A stretch of DNA of 64,000 nt from Thermodesulfobacteriota bacterium (GTDB lineage: Bacteria > Desulfobacterota_D > UBA1144 > Nemesobacterales > Mycalebacteriaceae): the NCBI GenBank assembly GCA_965205855.1, contig OZ242184.1, positions 800,001-864,000 of the forward strand, in the 5' to 3' direction. This document shows, piece by piece, positions 29,487-40,688 of the stretch; position 1 is the first letter of the stretch; each line of letters opens with the position of its first letter. The position numbers and the translations under genes were made by a program. Under the pieces are notes generated by a model, which was not told the origin of the DNA, did not search any database, and worked only from the letters and a program-made list of their open reading frames with translations.

Positions 29487-30165
29487 CGCTGTTTTCCTCC
29501 TTTTTATTTTGATTGTCTGAAGATTGTTCAGTTTCGTTTTCCATCGGTACTTTACTCTGTTCATTTTCATCTACTTTCATTTCGGTCTTTCCGTTTTTCG
29601 CGGCCGCCCCGCTTCTGCCTTCCTCAGGGTTATCCGAAATTTCCCCGGATTCTTTTGCCCGCCTCAGCGCCTCAAGAGAATGAACAAACCCAGAACGCAT
29701 CTGGTCCATAACAGACACAAAGTTTGAAAGCGGAGTCAGAAGAGTTGAAGCAAACATTGATATGAGAACCTTTCTTGAAGGCAGTTTTGATATTTGCTCA
29801 ATATCAGCGGCTTCGCACACCTTGCCATCCATGAGTCCGCCTTTAAGAACAAAATCTTCAAATTCTTTGTGCGCTTGAATAAAAACCTTTGCTGTAGCCG
29901 GAAATTCTTGACCGCATATTGCAATCGCTGTCGGCCCTTCAAAAAGGTTTTTGATTTTTTCCACATCAGTGCCTTCACAAGCCTTGTGAAGAAGCTTGTT
30001 CTTAACAACACGCAACTCTGCATCAGTCTCCTTCACTTGCCTTCTGACCGACTGCATACTCTTAACTCCAAGCCCTCTGTATTCAATTACAAGAACTGAA
30101 GCCGGACCTTTGAAAATAACCGCAAGTTCGTCGATGGTTTTCTTTTTTTCTTGTTTTGTTTGCAC
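29479..30165 (-). CDS. rplJ: 50S ribosomal protein L10, with C-terminal extension
   Basis: YRGL, VVKNKL, GPTAIA, LPSR motifs; operon position. Confidence 0.94.
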   Translation of the reverse strand: MQTKQEKKKTIDELAVIFKGPASVLVIEYRGLGVKSMQSVRRQVKETDAELRVVKNKLLHKACEGTDVEKIKNLFEGPTAIAICGQEFPATAKVFIQAHKEFEDFVLKGGLMDGKVCEAADIEQISKLPSRKVLISMFASTLLTPLSNFVSVMDQMRSGFVHSLEALRRAKESGEISDNPEEGRSGAAAKNGKTEMKVDENEQSKVPMENETEQSSDNQNKKEENSDG

Positions 30166-30166
30166 C

Positions 30167-30892
30167 TTATGCACCATCCTCAAAACTTTTTATTTCCTCT
30201 TTGACGTTCATCAAGTCAATGTTGATGTTCGGTCCCATTGTGTTTGATATGCTGACTCTCTTAAAAAATTCACCTTTTGAAGATGCAGGCTTCATTTTTT
30301 GAAGCGAAGAAAGAAGAAAAAGCATATTCTCTTTTAAATTGCGAGATTCAAATGAACTTTTCCCCAACAAGGTGTGAACAACCCCGCTCTTATCATTCTT
30401 TATCTCTATTCTTCCACTTTTTGACTGTTTTACAATTTTTGCGACATCATTTGTAACTGTTCCCATTTTTGGAGACGGCATCAAACCTCTCGGCCCAAGA
30501 AACTTTCCAAGTTTCCCCACCTTCGCCATTACATCCGGGGTTGCTATGGCAACATCAAAATCAAGCCAGTTCTCATTCTCTATTTTTTTTACCATATCTT
30601 TTAGTCCGGCATAATCTGCACCGGCTTCTATTGCTTCATCAGCCTTTTCCTCTTTGGTAAAAACAAGCACTTTGAGGTTTTTCCCCGTGCCATGAGGCAG
30701 AACAATGGAGGTTCTTATCTGCTGGTCGGCGTGCTTCGGATCAATTCCAAGCTGCACTGCTACATCCACGGATTCATCAAACTTCGCCGAATGTGTTTGA
30801 GAAATCAGTCCGACTGCTTCCCCAACGCTGAGTGCGGATTCTCTGTCAAATTTCCCGCATAATTCCTTGTATCTTTTGCCTCTTTTTATCAT
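30167..30892 (-). CDS. rplA: 50S ribosomal protein L1
   Basis: KFDESVD, LPHGTGK, LGPRGLMPSPK motifs. Confidence 0.97.
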   Translation of the reverse strand: MIKRGKRYKELCGKFDRESALSVGEAVGLISQTHSAKFDESVDVAVQLGIDPKHADQQIRTSIVLPHGTGKNLKVLVFTKEEKADEAIEAGADYAGLKDMVKKIENENWLDFDVAIATPDVMAKVGKLGKFLGPRGLMPSPKMGTVTNDVAKIVKQSKSGRIEIKNDKSGVVHTLLGKSSFESRNLKENMLFLLSSLQKMKPASSKGEFFKRVSISNTMGPNINIDLMNVKEEIKSFEDGA

Positions 30893-30898
30893 AACAAG

Positions 30899-31315
30899 CT
30901 ATACCACATCAATTCCCATACTTTTTGCGCTTCCGATAATGATATTTCTTGCCGCTTCCATATCATTCGCGTTCAAATCCTGCATTTTTGTCTCCGCTAT
31001 CTCGTCAACCTGCTTAACGGTCACCTTTCCAACTTTTACCCTCGGAACATCCGACGACCCTTTTTCTATCTTTGCCGCTTTTTTGAGAAGATAAGAAATC
31101 GGCGGAGCTTTGATTTCAAGAGAAAAAGTTTTGTCCTTGTAAACAGTGATGACAACCGGAAGCAAACCTTCTTTGCCCGAGGTTTTCTCATTAAACGCCT
31201 TGCAAAACTCCATTATGTTAATTCCCTTCTGCCCCAACGCCGGGCTGATTTGAGGAGAGGGAGATGCCTTTCCGGCCAGAACAAGCAATTTTAAATAACC
31301 ATCTATCTCAGACAT
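30899..31315 (-). CDS. rplK: 50S ribosomal protein L11
   Basis: [26 protein letters not shown] motifs. Confidence 0.96.
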   Translation of the reverse strand: MSEIDGYLKLLVLAGKASPSPQISPALGQKGINIMEFCKAFNEKTSGKEGLLPVVITVYKDKTFSLEIKAPPISYLLKKAAKIEKGSSDVPRVKVGKVTVKQVDEIAETKMQDLNANDMEAARNIIIGSAKSMGIDVV

Positions 31316-31316
31316 T

Positions 31317-31886
31317 CTACATCTGCTCCAATTGATTGAAGTCCAACTCTATCGGGGTTGACCTTCCAAATATATTTACCGAAACAAGAACTTTTCCCCT
31401 TTCCAGATTAATTTCCAGAATCACACCGGAAAGGTTGGAAAAAGGCCCTTCGACAACTTTCACGGTTTCACCCTGCTCAAAAGATATATTGAGTTTAGGC
31501 TTAAGCGTCCCTTTCTGAATTTGAGTTTTCAGTTCCTCTATCTCTCTTTCATCAACGGACGAAACAGATGCCGGGTCTATTCTACCCGCTCTCATTTCTT
31601 CGCCGACAAAGCCGTTAACTTTCGGCACATCCTTGATAAAATGCCAAGTCTGCTCTTTCATCTCCATATTTACAAATACATAACCGGGGAAAAACATCTT
31701 CTCAGAAGTTTTCTTTTTCCCGTCTTTTTTTGACTCAACCAAGGTCTCAACGGGAAGCAAAACTTCGTCTATCGAAACATTTTCCTGAGAAGCACGCACT
31801 TTTTCTTCTATAAATGATTTCACCTTTTTCTCATATCCTGTGCTAACTTGCACCACATACCATTTTTTTTTGCCGTTAGATACCAT
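31317..31886 (-). CDS. nusG: Transcription factor NusG
   Basis: WYVVQ..GYE, FPGYVFV, KOW GPF, IFGRSTP motifs. Confidence 0.96.
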   Translation of the reverse strand: MVSNGKKKWYVVQVSTGYEKKVKSFIEEKVRASQENVSIDEVLLPVETLVESKKDGKKKTSEKMFFPGYVFVNMEMKEQTWHFIKDVPKVNGFVGEEMRAGRIDPASVSSVDEREIEELKTQIQKGTLKPKLNISFEQGETVKVVEGPFSNLSGVILEINLERGKVLVSVNIFGRSTPIELDFNQLEQM

Positions 31887-31915
31887 TTTTCCATCCTACA
31901 AAGAAACCGGAAATA

Positions 31916-32104
31916 TTATACCAGCACCAAACCTATCAGCGTTGAGAACAAATAATCGGCAATCGCAAGGATGACTGTAAACAACACTGATACAGCAAGA
32001 ACAACGGCAGTGGACTTTATGGTGCTTTCTCGTCCGGGCCATGATATCTTCCAGAACTCAACTTCAACGTCCTTAATATATTGAGCTATTCTTCTTATAT
32101 ACAT
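31916..32104 (-). CDS. secE: Preprotein translocase SecE
   Basis: EFWKISWP plus one TM helix; lies between tRNA-Trp and nusG. Confidence 0.9.
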   Translation of the reverse strand: MYIRRIAQYIKDVEVEFWKISWPGRESTIKSTAVVLAVSVLFTVILAIADYLFSTLIGLVLV

Positions 32105-32140
32105 TTCCTAACCTTTCACCTGACAACCAAGCAGTCAAAA

Positions 32141-32213
<73 letters not shown>

Positions 32214-32230
32214 TAAAATGTTCTTCGCAG

Positions 32231-33406
<1,176 letters not shown>

Positions 33407-33456
33407 CTGTCTCTACCTCCTGAGGCTTTCTAAACGAAAAATGTCATAGTTTGTAC

Positions 33457-33529
<73 letters not shown>

Positions 33530-33542
33530 AGCATTTTTGATG

Positions 33543-33616
33543 AGCGGGAGACGGGGCTCGAACCCGCGACCCTCAGCTTGGAAGGCTGATGCTCTGGCCA
33601 ACTGAGCTACTCCCGC
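33543..33616 (-). tRNA. tRNA-Gly(TCC)
   Basis: GCGGGAGTAGCTCAG...TCAGCCTTCCAAGCTGA...GGTTCGAGCCC. Confidence 0.95.
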
Positions 33617-33632
33617 AGGCCACCCGTGTTTA

Positions 33633-33715
33633 TGGGGAGGGTAGGATTCGAACCCACGTAGGCTTGCGCCGGCAGATTTACAGTCTGCTGCTTTTGGCCA
33701 CTCAGCCACCTCCCC
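33633..33715 (-). tRNA. tRNA-Tyr(GTA)
   Basis: GGGGAGGTGGCTGAGTGG...GCAGACTGTAAATCTGC; long variable arm. Confidence 0.95.
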
Positions 33716-33765
33716 TGTTTTACGAAAAACAACAGACATTAAAAAACTCGCACCGCAGGTTTCCC

Positions 33766-33838
33766 AGCTGGCGAAGGGAATTGAACCCCCGACCTGCTGA
33801 TTACAAATCAGCTGCTCTGCCAACTGAGCTACGCCAGC
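33766..33838 (-). tRNA. tRNA-Thr(TGT)
   Basis: GCTGGCGTAGCTCAG...GCTGATTTGTAATCAGC...GGTTCAATTCC. Confidence 0.95.
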
Positions 33839-33881
33839 GGTTAAAACTTAAGTGTTTGCTCACTACTAACTAAGAGCGTTA

Positions 33882-33909
33882 AGCATATATGTAAAAAAAA
33901 CTATGTCAA
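33882..33909 (-). promoter_or_regulatory. Putative sigma70 promoter of the tRNA-tuf operon
   Basis: TTGACA-16 nt-TATGCT, ~45 nt upstream of tRNA-Thr. Confidence 0.6.
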
Positions 33910-33918
33910 ACGAAATTA

Positions 33919-34362
33919 TTAAACAAAAGAGGCAGTTATTGAGACATTCGCGACCTTATCCCCTTGAGGAACTGTCGCCAAAGCGCTAAAAACCATCACT
34001 CTGGTGCGTTTGCGCACAAGAGTGACAGAAAGGATCAATTCTTCTTCCGGACCCACGGGCCTTCTAAAACGGCAATTGTCAAGTCCCATCAGATAAGCGT
34101 TGGAAAATTCCTGTTCTTTTATTTCATCCGCAAAAGAAGCTCCAACAAGAACACCGCCCGCCTGTGCAAGGGCCTCGGCAATAACAACGCCTGGAACAAT
34201 AGGATTTCCGGGAAAATGACCACGGAAAAAAAACTCTCCGGCATCAAAGGTTTTCAGGGCCTTGATACTCGACCCCTTTTCAAACTCCGTCACACAATCC
34301 AAAAAAAGAAAAGGCTCCCTGTGGGGGATAAACTCTTTTATCCTTTTTTTGTCAAAGACCAC
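33919..34362 (-). CDS. fabZ: 3-hydroxyacyl-ACP dehydratase
   Basis: IPHREPFLFLD, FFRGHFPGNPIVPGV..EALAQ motifs. Confidence 0.95.
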   Translation of the reverse strand: MVFDKKRIKEFIPHREPFLFLDCVTEFEKGSSIKALKTFDAGEFFFRGHFPGNPIVPGVVIAEALAQAGGVLVGASFADEIKEQEFSNAYLMGLDNCRFRRPVGPEEELILSVTLVRKRTRVMVFSALATVPQGDKVANVSITASFV

Positions 34363-34364
34363 AG

Positions 34365-34913
34365 CTAGTACTTCCGGTCGTACAAGTTAATAACCTGCTC
34401 GGTTACATCAACACCGCCTGACATAAAAATTACTCCGGCATCGCGCGTAAGAATGATTGAATAGCCATTGGATTCTCCAAATTTGCTTACAACATCTTGT
34501 ATCTCAGTGAAAATTCTCCTTTTTATCTCATTGTCCCTTCTTCTCAACTCATCGGAAAAATCTTCCTTATCACGTACGAGTTCTTTCTTTTTCTTCTCAA
34601 GGGTCTCACTTTTCTCTTTGAGCGTTTTGTCATTCATAATGGAGAAGTTTTTTGTAAGTTCTTTTTCCATTTTTTCATACTGGATGCCCTTTTCATCAAG
34701 AATTCCCTGCTTGACTTTGAATTCCTTCTGAAAAGACTCGCGAGCTCTTTTGCCAGCTTTTGACTGAACAAGAACGCGCTGAATATCAACAACGGCAATA
34801 CGAGACTCTTCCGCGCCTGATGTCGAGCAAAAAGGCACCGCAGAAGCCAGCAAGACCGTGAGTAAAACAAAACTGAAAAAACGTGAATTGAAAATTATCT
34901 GAATCATTACCAA
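34365..34913 (-). CDS. skp: Periplasmic chaperone Skp/OmpH
   Basis: Signal peptide, IAVVDIQRV, coiled coil, DVTEQVI; lies between bamA and fabZ. Confidence 0.9.
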   Translation of the reverse strand: MVMIQIIFNSRFFSFVLLTVLLASAVPFCSTSGAEESRIAVVDIQRVLVQSKAGKRARESFQKEFKVKQGILDEKGIQYEKMEKELTKNFSIMNDKTLKEKSETLEKKKKELVRDKEDFSDELRRRDNEIKRRIFTEIQDVVSKFGESNGYSIILTRDAGVIFMSGGVDVTEQVINLYDRKY

Positions 34914-34932
34914 ACCTCCTTTAAATCATTGA

Positions 34933-37230
34933 CTACAAAGAAGCACCTATTGAGAAGTGAAGTTGCATTTTTTCCTCGAAAGGCTCTCTGTCAATCGGAT
35001 ATCCGAACTCAATTTTAATCAGTCCCAAAGGTGAACGCCACCAGAAACCATAACCATAGTCCTGACGCAAATCAGAAGGGTTGGTTGAGAACTGGGATCC
35101 CCTGTCGGAGTCAAAAACATTTCCTATATCATAAAACAAAACTCCAAATAAACCAAGAGGCTCAAAAAGTGGAATAACCAGATCGGTTTTTCCATATATT
35201 CTTTCTGTTCCTCCAAGAGAGGAATTGCCGACGGACAGGTCCCTGTAGTCAAAACCCCGTAGGTTGGAAGGGCCTCCGAGAAAAAGCCTTTCATCAATTG
35301 CGTGGGAGTTACTCTCTCCCCGAATAAAGACTCTGCTGTATCCGATTTTCACCGAGAGAAAGGAACCTCTTAAAAGCGGAATCCATGCATGGTTCTCAAA
35401 TGCCAGTTTGCTTAAATCCGTATCTCCTCCAAAAGGGCCGGAGTGCTCATATAAAAGACTTGTCCTGTATCCGCTTCTGGGAAACTGGTAGTTGTCCCTT
35501 TTGTCCCAATTGATGTCCGCGCCCACAGCGCTTAGTATTCCCCTTGAATCCATAATGTTGGCTTCAACAGCACGTGGCGAAGGGTTTGTTATCTCAAGAT
35601 TTTCCCACCTGTAGTAGACTCGCCCCCAGAGATTTTGGTAAAGAGACCTGCCGATTCCAATCGTGGAACCCGTGGATTTGGTGTCATAATCCACATAGTC
35701 TCTTTCTATTCGGGAGAGAGAAATATCAAAACTCCAATTTGTGTCAAGGAAGTTTCTGTCAGCATACCGGAAGCTGTAACTATCCGTTATGCCGCCGAAA
35801 CTGGCGCTCGCCGAAACTGTCTTGCCATAACCGAAGAGGTTTGCCTCTTGGACTGAGCCGAAAAATATGAAGTCTTCAATTGAGCTTACGCCAGCGCCGA
35901 GATTAAACTGAGCTGTTGAAGACTCTCTTATTGAAATATTCACATCCAGTTCGTCCGGATTTTGTTTTGACACCTCGGTTGAAACCTGAGTTGCTTCGGA
36001 GTCAAAAAATCCAATGCGTCCCACCAGAGGTTTTATTAAAGAAAGGTCGCCGGACCTGTAAATATCCCCTTCCGCAAATGGGAGCTGCCTTCTTATAACC
36101 TTGTCCACAGTCTTGTCATTGCCATCAATATTTAACCTGCCAAAGTAAAAAATCTTTCCTTTTTCAACGGTAAAAGTTATAAAAACGCCCGGTTTGCCGT
36201 CACCTGTTAACTGCTTTTTCAGCGAGGGTTCAACATTGACGTTCGCGTATCCCTGATTTGAATAAACCGAAGTGAGAATACTTATATCGGAAGTGAGCTT
36301 GCCGTTTCCATACGGCTTGCCTTCTTTCAGATTAAGAGTGTAGAAAATTTTGTCTTTATTTACTTCAGGCGGCGCTTCCATTCCCTCAAGAGAAACTCCC
36401 GCCACAAAATACTGCTGTCCTTCGGAGACTTTGAATGACACTTCATAGGAATTTTCTTCCAGATTGCGCTTCAATTTGGGAGCCGAAACCTGAACGTCAA
36501 GATAACCCTCGTTCAAATATATGAACTTTATACGCTCCAAATCCCGCTGAACTTCCTCTTTTACAAAAAGTCCTTTTTGTCCCAAACTGTAAAAACGGCG
36601 CGGCGAACTGAAAATACTTTTCTTTATCTTCTTTGTCTTGATTTTATTGTTGCCCTCAATTTTCACCGAAGAGATGGTTTCTCTTTGGCCCTCTTCTATA
36701 TTGTATGAAACACTTATTCCGCCACCCGCTTCGGGCTCTATATCGTAGGAAGCTTGTGCATTGCTGTAACCTTTTGTGGTATAGAGACGGGCAATATTAT
36801 CCAGTTGGTCGTGAAGTTTTCCCGTTCCGGTTATCTGGTTTCCCTCAATTTCCAGAACTTCTTTAATCTCTTCGTCTTTAATCTTCTTGTTGCCGTTAAT
36901 GGAGAAATCAACAAGAACCGGGTTCTCTTTGACAATATAAATCAGCTCCACTCCTGATGCGGAAACTACTTTCTCAACGGTGACATCGTAAAAATTCCCC
37001 GTTGAGTATATTTTTTTTATATCTTCGGCAGTTTTAGATTCATCGTATGTCGCTCCGACTTTCTGAGAGGCAAGAAGTTCCACGGATTCCTTTGAAACCC
37101 TCCTGTTACCTTCAATTCTGATCTTTGATACTTCGGCGGCCTCGGCAAAAGAGGAGATTCCCACGGCGAAAAATACTGAAAGTAAAACAAAAAAAGGAAA
37201 CAGTTTTCCCCTTCCGTTACCGTTAAGCAT
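34933..37230 (-). CDS. bamA: Outer membrane assembly factor BamA
   Basis: POTRA repeats (IEGN), LRGF motif, WRSPLG, beta-barrel C-terminus. Confidence 0.95.
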   Translation of the reverse strand: MLNGNGRGKLFPFFVLLSVFFAVGISSFAEAAEVSKIRIEGNRRVSKESVELLASQKVGATYDESKTAEDIKKIYSTGNFYDVTVEKVVSASGVELIYIVKENPVLVDFSINGNKKIKDEEIKEVLEIEGNQITGTGKLHDQLDNIARLYTTKGYSNAQASYDIEPEAGGGISVSYNIEEGQRETISSVKIEGNNKIKTKKIKKSIFSSPRRFYSLGQKGLFVKEEVQRDLERIKFIYLNEGYLDVQVSAPKLKRNLEENSYEVSFKVSEGQQYFVAGVSLEGMEAPPEVNKDKIFYTLNLKEGKPYGNGKLTSDISILTSVYSNQGYANVNVEPSLKKQLTGDGKPGVFITFTVEKGKIFYFGRLNIDGNDKTVDKVIRRQLPFAEGDIYRSGDLSLIKPLVGRIGFFDSEATQVSTEVSKQNPDELDVNISIRESSTAQFNLGAGVSSIEDFIFFGSVQEANLFGYGKTVSASASFGGITDSYSFRYADRNFLDTNWSFDISLSRIERDYVDYDTKSTGSTIGIGRSLYQNLWGRVYYRWENLEITNPSPRAVEANIMDSRGILSAVGADINWDKRDNYQFPRSGYRTSLLYEHSGPFGGDTDLSKLAFENHAWIPLLRGSFLSVKIGYSRVFIRGESNSHAIDERLFLGGPSNLRGFDYRDLSVGNSSLGGTERIYGKTDLVIPLFEPLGLFGVLFYDIGNVFDSDRGSQFSTNPSDLRQDYGYGFWWRSPLGLIKIEFGYPIDREPFEEKMQLHFSIGASL

Positions 37231-37903
37231 TCGCCAGCCTCCCTTCGCGAATAACTACAGTTCTATCAAACCTTTTAGAAATCTCCCTGCTGTGGGTGGC
37301 CACAACAAAGGTTGTGTTGAGATTCTCTTTCATTTGTAGCATCACATCAGCGACAAGCATTGAAGTTTTCGGGTCCAGATTTCCCGTTGGCTCATCGGCG
37401 AGAACAATCTCCGGCTCCATGACAAGGGCACGGGCAATGGCAACCCTTTGCTGCTGCCCCGAGGAAAGTTCATCGGGAAATCTTTGGAGATAGTCCCGGA
37501 GCCCCATCTGGCAAAGCAACTTTTCCGACCTTGAATAAGCCTCCGATTTTTTCATTCCGGAAATCAAACAAGGAAGGCTCGCATTCTCAAGAGATGTAAA
37601 TCCGCTGAGTAAATTATGAGATTGAAAAACAAACCCCATTTTACGCCTTACTTTTGTATTGAGATGTTTATTCGAAGCGGAGTTATATTTTTCGCCTTTA
37701 AAAAAAACTTCCCCATCGGTTGGACATTCCAACGCGCCCAGCATATTAAGAAAGGTGGTTTTTCCCGAACCGGATTTGCCGTTTATTGAAACACTCTCTC
37801 CGTTCTTAACCGTAAGGCTGATTCCATCAACGGCTTTAACGCCACTTCCGTCCCACTGAGTATACTCTTTTTCCAATTTTTTTGCTTCAATCAGTATGTT
37901 CAT
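37223..37903 (-). CDS. lolD: Lipoprotein-releasing ABC ATPase
   Basis: GKSGSGKT, LSSGQQQRVAIARAL, LADEPTGNLD motifs; follows LolC/E. Confidence 0.88.
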   Translation of the reverse strand: MNILIEAKKLEKEYTQWDGSGVKAVDGISLTVKNGESVSINGKSGSGKTTFLNMLGALECPTDGEVFFKGEKYNSASNKHLNTKVRRKMGFVFQSHNLLSGFTSLENASLPCLISGMKKSEAYSRSEKLLCQMGLRDYLQRFPDELSSGQQQRVAIARALVMEPEIVLADEPTGNLDPKTSMLVADVMLQMKENLNTTFVVATHSREISKRFDRTVVIREGRLANA

Positions 37904-39156
37904 TGGGCTTTCAACTTTGCGGCAATATTGTCTCCGCTTGCGCAATAGGCCGGATATACGGCGGCAAGCACACAAAACAGCTGGCTTGCCGTGCCAACAA
38001 GCAAAAAGTAGAAAGGTTCTATAATAACAGGAAATTTTGATATTCCATAGACTTCCGGGTCAAACGGAATCAAACTCGTCACGGTCGCGCTGGTTGCAAG
38101 CAGATAACAGACGGCAAAAGACCCTACCGTTCCCAGCAAAGTGCCTGTAAATCCTAGGGAAGCACCGATTAGAAGAAAGATGTTTCCGACTTGTTTCCCC
38201 GATGCTCCAGCGGCTCGTAGTATGGCTATTTCTCTACTTTTTTCAACCATCATCATCAATAGAACGCTCATAATGCTGAGAGAGGCTACGACGACAATGA
38301 AACTCAGAAAAATCGTAAGCCCGAGCTTTTCCAGGCGGAGCGCGGAAAACAGCTTGCGGTTGGCCTCCTGCCAGCTTTGAGCGACAAAGGGAAATCCGAG
38401 CGTTTCCTCGAGTTCCCGCGCCACCAATTCTGATTGTAGCGGGTCTTCTATTTCCACTTCAAAAGACTCCGGCCCCGATTTTTGGAAAAGCTCAATTGCA
38501 TCCGGAAGATTCATATAGGAAACCACCGAATCATAGTGCGCCATTCCGTAACTGAAAATTGCCGCTACTTCAAAGGGTTGTGTTTTGGGTCTTTTTTGTA
38601 AAGTCTTCTTTTTGTCGGGAGCAAATAGGAGAGTAACCATATCGCCCCGGGAAACACCAAGCGACTCCGCCAGGCCGCGCCCGATAACTATCGGGGCGCG
38701 CGAAGAACGGGAAGATTGAGCGAGAATGGAAAAAACATCCGTATCGCCGTCAGGACTCTCTTCGGTTTCCGGGGAAATGGAGGAAAAAGTTTTCTTATAT
38801 GAAGCCGCATTCACTCCGCTTACGGTTGTTCCTTGAGAGCTATATTCCGATACAAGCAACCCTGTTCCGTAAATAACAGGAGAGACTTTTTTGACTCCGG
38901 GAAAAAAAGTTATTTTTTTCTCAATGCGAGCGTAATCCTCAATGCTTCCTTCATAACTTGAAACAAGAACATGGGCGGAAGCGCCAAGAATGGTTTTCCG
39001 GAGTTCGGTCTGAAACCCGGACATCACAGCAAGAACAACGTTCAAAGAGAAAACTCCAGCGCTGATTCCGAGAACGGAAATCAGAGATGTAGAAAATATG
39101 GCGCGGGTTTTTCTTTGCAACCACAGATATCTAAACGCAACAAGAAACTCAAACAT
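37900..39156 (-). CDS. Lipoprotein-releasing permease LolC/E
   Basis: VLAVMSGF, LFSALRLEK, EKSREIAILRA motifs; four TM segments. Confidence 0.9.
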   Translation of the reverse strand: MFEFLVAFRYLWLQRKTRAIFSTSLISVLGISAGVFSLNVVLAVMSGFQTELRKTILGASAHVLVSSYEGSIEDYARIEKKITFFPGVKKVSPVIYGTGLLVSEYSSQGTTVSGVNAASYKKTFSSISPETEESPDGDTDVFSILAQSSRSSRAPIVIGRGLAESLGVSRGDMVTLLFAPDKKKTLQKRPKTQPFEVAAIFSYGMAHYDSVVSYMNLPDAIELFQKSGPESFEVEIEDPLQSELVARELEETLGFPFVAQSWQEANRKLFSALRLEKLGLTIFLSFIVVVASLSIMSVLLMMMVEKSREIAILRAAGASGKQVGNIFLLIGASLGFTGTLLGTVGSFAVCYLLATSATVTSLIPFDPEVYGISKFPVIIEPFYFLLVGTASQLFCVLAAVYPAYCASGDNIAAKLKAQ

Positions 39157-40641
39157 CTAATCTTTCATATGAGGGAAAAATAGCACTTCCCTTATGGACT
39201 GAGAATTAGAAAGAAGCATAACAAGCCGGTCTATGCCTATCCCGGCTCCAGCAGTCGGAGGCATACCGTGTTCAAGTGCAACAACAAAGTCTTGATCAAT
39301 ACCGTGAGATTCGTCGTCTCCTCTTTCTTTCATCTCCGCCTGAGACGAAAACCTTTTCCTCTGTTCTTCTGGATCATTCAACTCTGAAAAGGCATTTGCT
39401 ATCTCCCAGCCGTTCACATAAAGCTCAAACCTGTCCGTCATTTCCGAATCAGAATCAGAAGCTCTCGCAAGAGGGGATACGTCAAGCGGAAAACCGAAAA
39501 CAAACGCAGGGTCTTTGATTTTGGAGGCAAAGGATTGCTCAAAAATTCCAGTCAGCGCTTTCCCTTTTATTTTCCCATGCCCAACCCCCAGAGCGTCCGC
39601 TTCCTTGAAAAGAAAAGAGCTGTCCGAAAAAATCCTTTCACCGTATTTCTCTTTCAGGGAATCATAGATGCTAATTCTTTTCCAGGGAGTTGAAAAATCT
39701 ATCTTGCCGTCATCGAAATCCACCTTCGCGCAACCCTTGGCGTCAATCACAAAAGAAAACACCATTGCTTCTATCAAATCCATCATATCTTTGTAGTCAG
39801 CGTATGCCTGATAAAACTCAATCATTGTAAATTCGGGATTGTGGCGCGTGGAAACACCTTCATTTCTGAAAACTCTTCCTATTTCATAAACCTTTTCCAG
39901 CCCGCCGACTACAAGTCTTTTCAAGTAAAGTTCCGGCGCTATTCTGAGAAAAAGGTCAATATCAAGTGCGTTATGATGAGTGGTAAACGGACGTGCCGCC
40001 GCACCGCCGGCAATGTGATGAAGTATTGGGGTTTCAACCTCAAGAAACCCTTTTGCGTCAAGGAAACGCCTTATGAAGCTTATACACGAGGAACGCAGAC
40101 GAAAGATGTCTCTGACTTTTGGATTTGCTATCATGTCCAGATAACGTTTTCTGAAACGCGTTTCAACCTGCTGAAGACCGTGCCATTTTTCAGGAAGCGG
40201 GCGGAGTGTTTTTGTAAGCATCACAACATTTTCCGCCTTTACGGTTAATTCGCCGGTTTTTGTTTTAAAAAGACTTCCCTCAATCCCGACAAAGTCACCC
40301 GAATCCAAGTACTTACCAACAATGTTAAAGCTGTCTTGGCCGGTTTCTTTTTTGTTCGCGTAGCATTGGATTTTCGCGTCGGAGTCTGAGATATCAAAGA
40401 ACACGGCCCTGCCGAAGCTTCTCTTTGACATAACTCTTCCCGCAATTGAAAAAGCCGGAACAGATACAAGCTCATCATCTGTTTTTTCACGCACCTGCGA
40501 CAGAATTTCGGAGATCGCAACCGAAGGTTTGAAGCTGTTTGAATAAGGGTTTAAACCACTGGCGCGAAGTTGTGAGGTTTTCTCTTTTCTAAGAGTGTAT
40601 TCGTCATTTTCGCTACTGACACCCGGCGGTTTTGTGCTCAT
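39157..40641 (-). CDS. lysS: Lysine--tRNA ligase (class II)
   Basis: [31 protein letters not shown] motifs. Confidence 0.97.
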   Translation of the reverse strand: MSTKPPGVSSENDEYTLRKEKTSQLRASGLNPYSNSFKPSVAISEILSQVREKTDDELVSVPAFSIAGRVMSKRSFGRAVFFDISDSDAKIQCYANKKETGQDSFNIVGKYLDSGDFVGIEGSLFKTKTGELTVKAENVVMLTKTLRPLPEKWHGLQQVETRFRKRYLDMIANPKVRDIFRLRSSCISFIRRFLDAKGFLEVETPILHHIAGGAAARPFTTHHNALDIDLFLRIAPELYLKRLVVGGLEKVYEIGRVFRNEGVSTRHNPEFTMIEFYQAYADYKDMMDLIEAMVFSFVIDAKGCAKVDFDDGKIDFSTPWKRISIYDSLKEKYGERIFSDSSFLFKEADALGVGHGKIKGKALTGIFEQSFASKIKDPAFVFGFPLDVSPLARASDSDSEMTDRFELYVNGWEIANAFSELNDPEEQRKRFSSQAEMKERGDDESHGIDQDFVVALEHGMPPTAGAGIGIDRLVMLLSNSQSIREVLFFPHMKD

Positions 40642-40688
40642 TTGTTATCTCCGGAAAGAATTAAAGCAAGAGTCAGGACAGTATACTT

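Noticed and set aside
32214-32230. Absence of rpmG between tuf and tRNA-Trp
   Set aside because: A common gene-order variation, not informative on its own.
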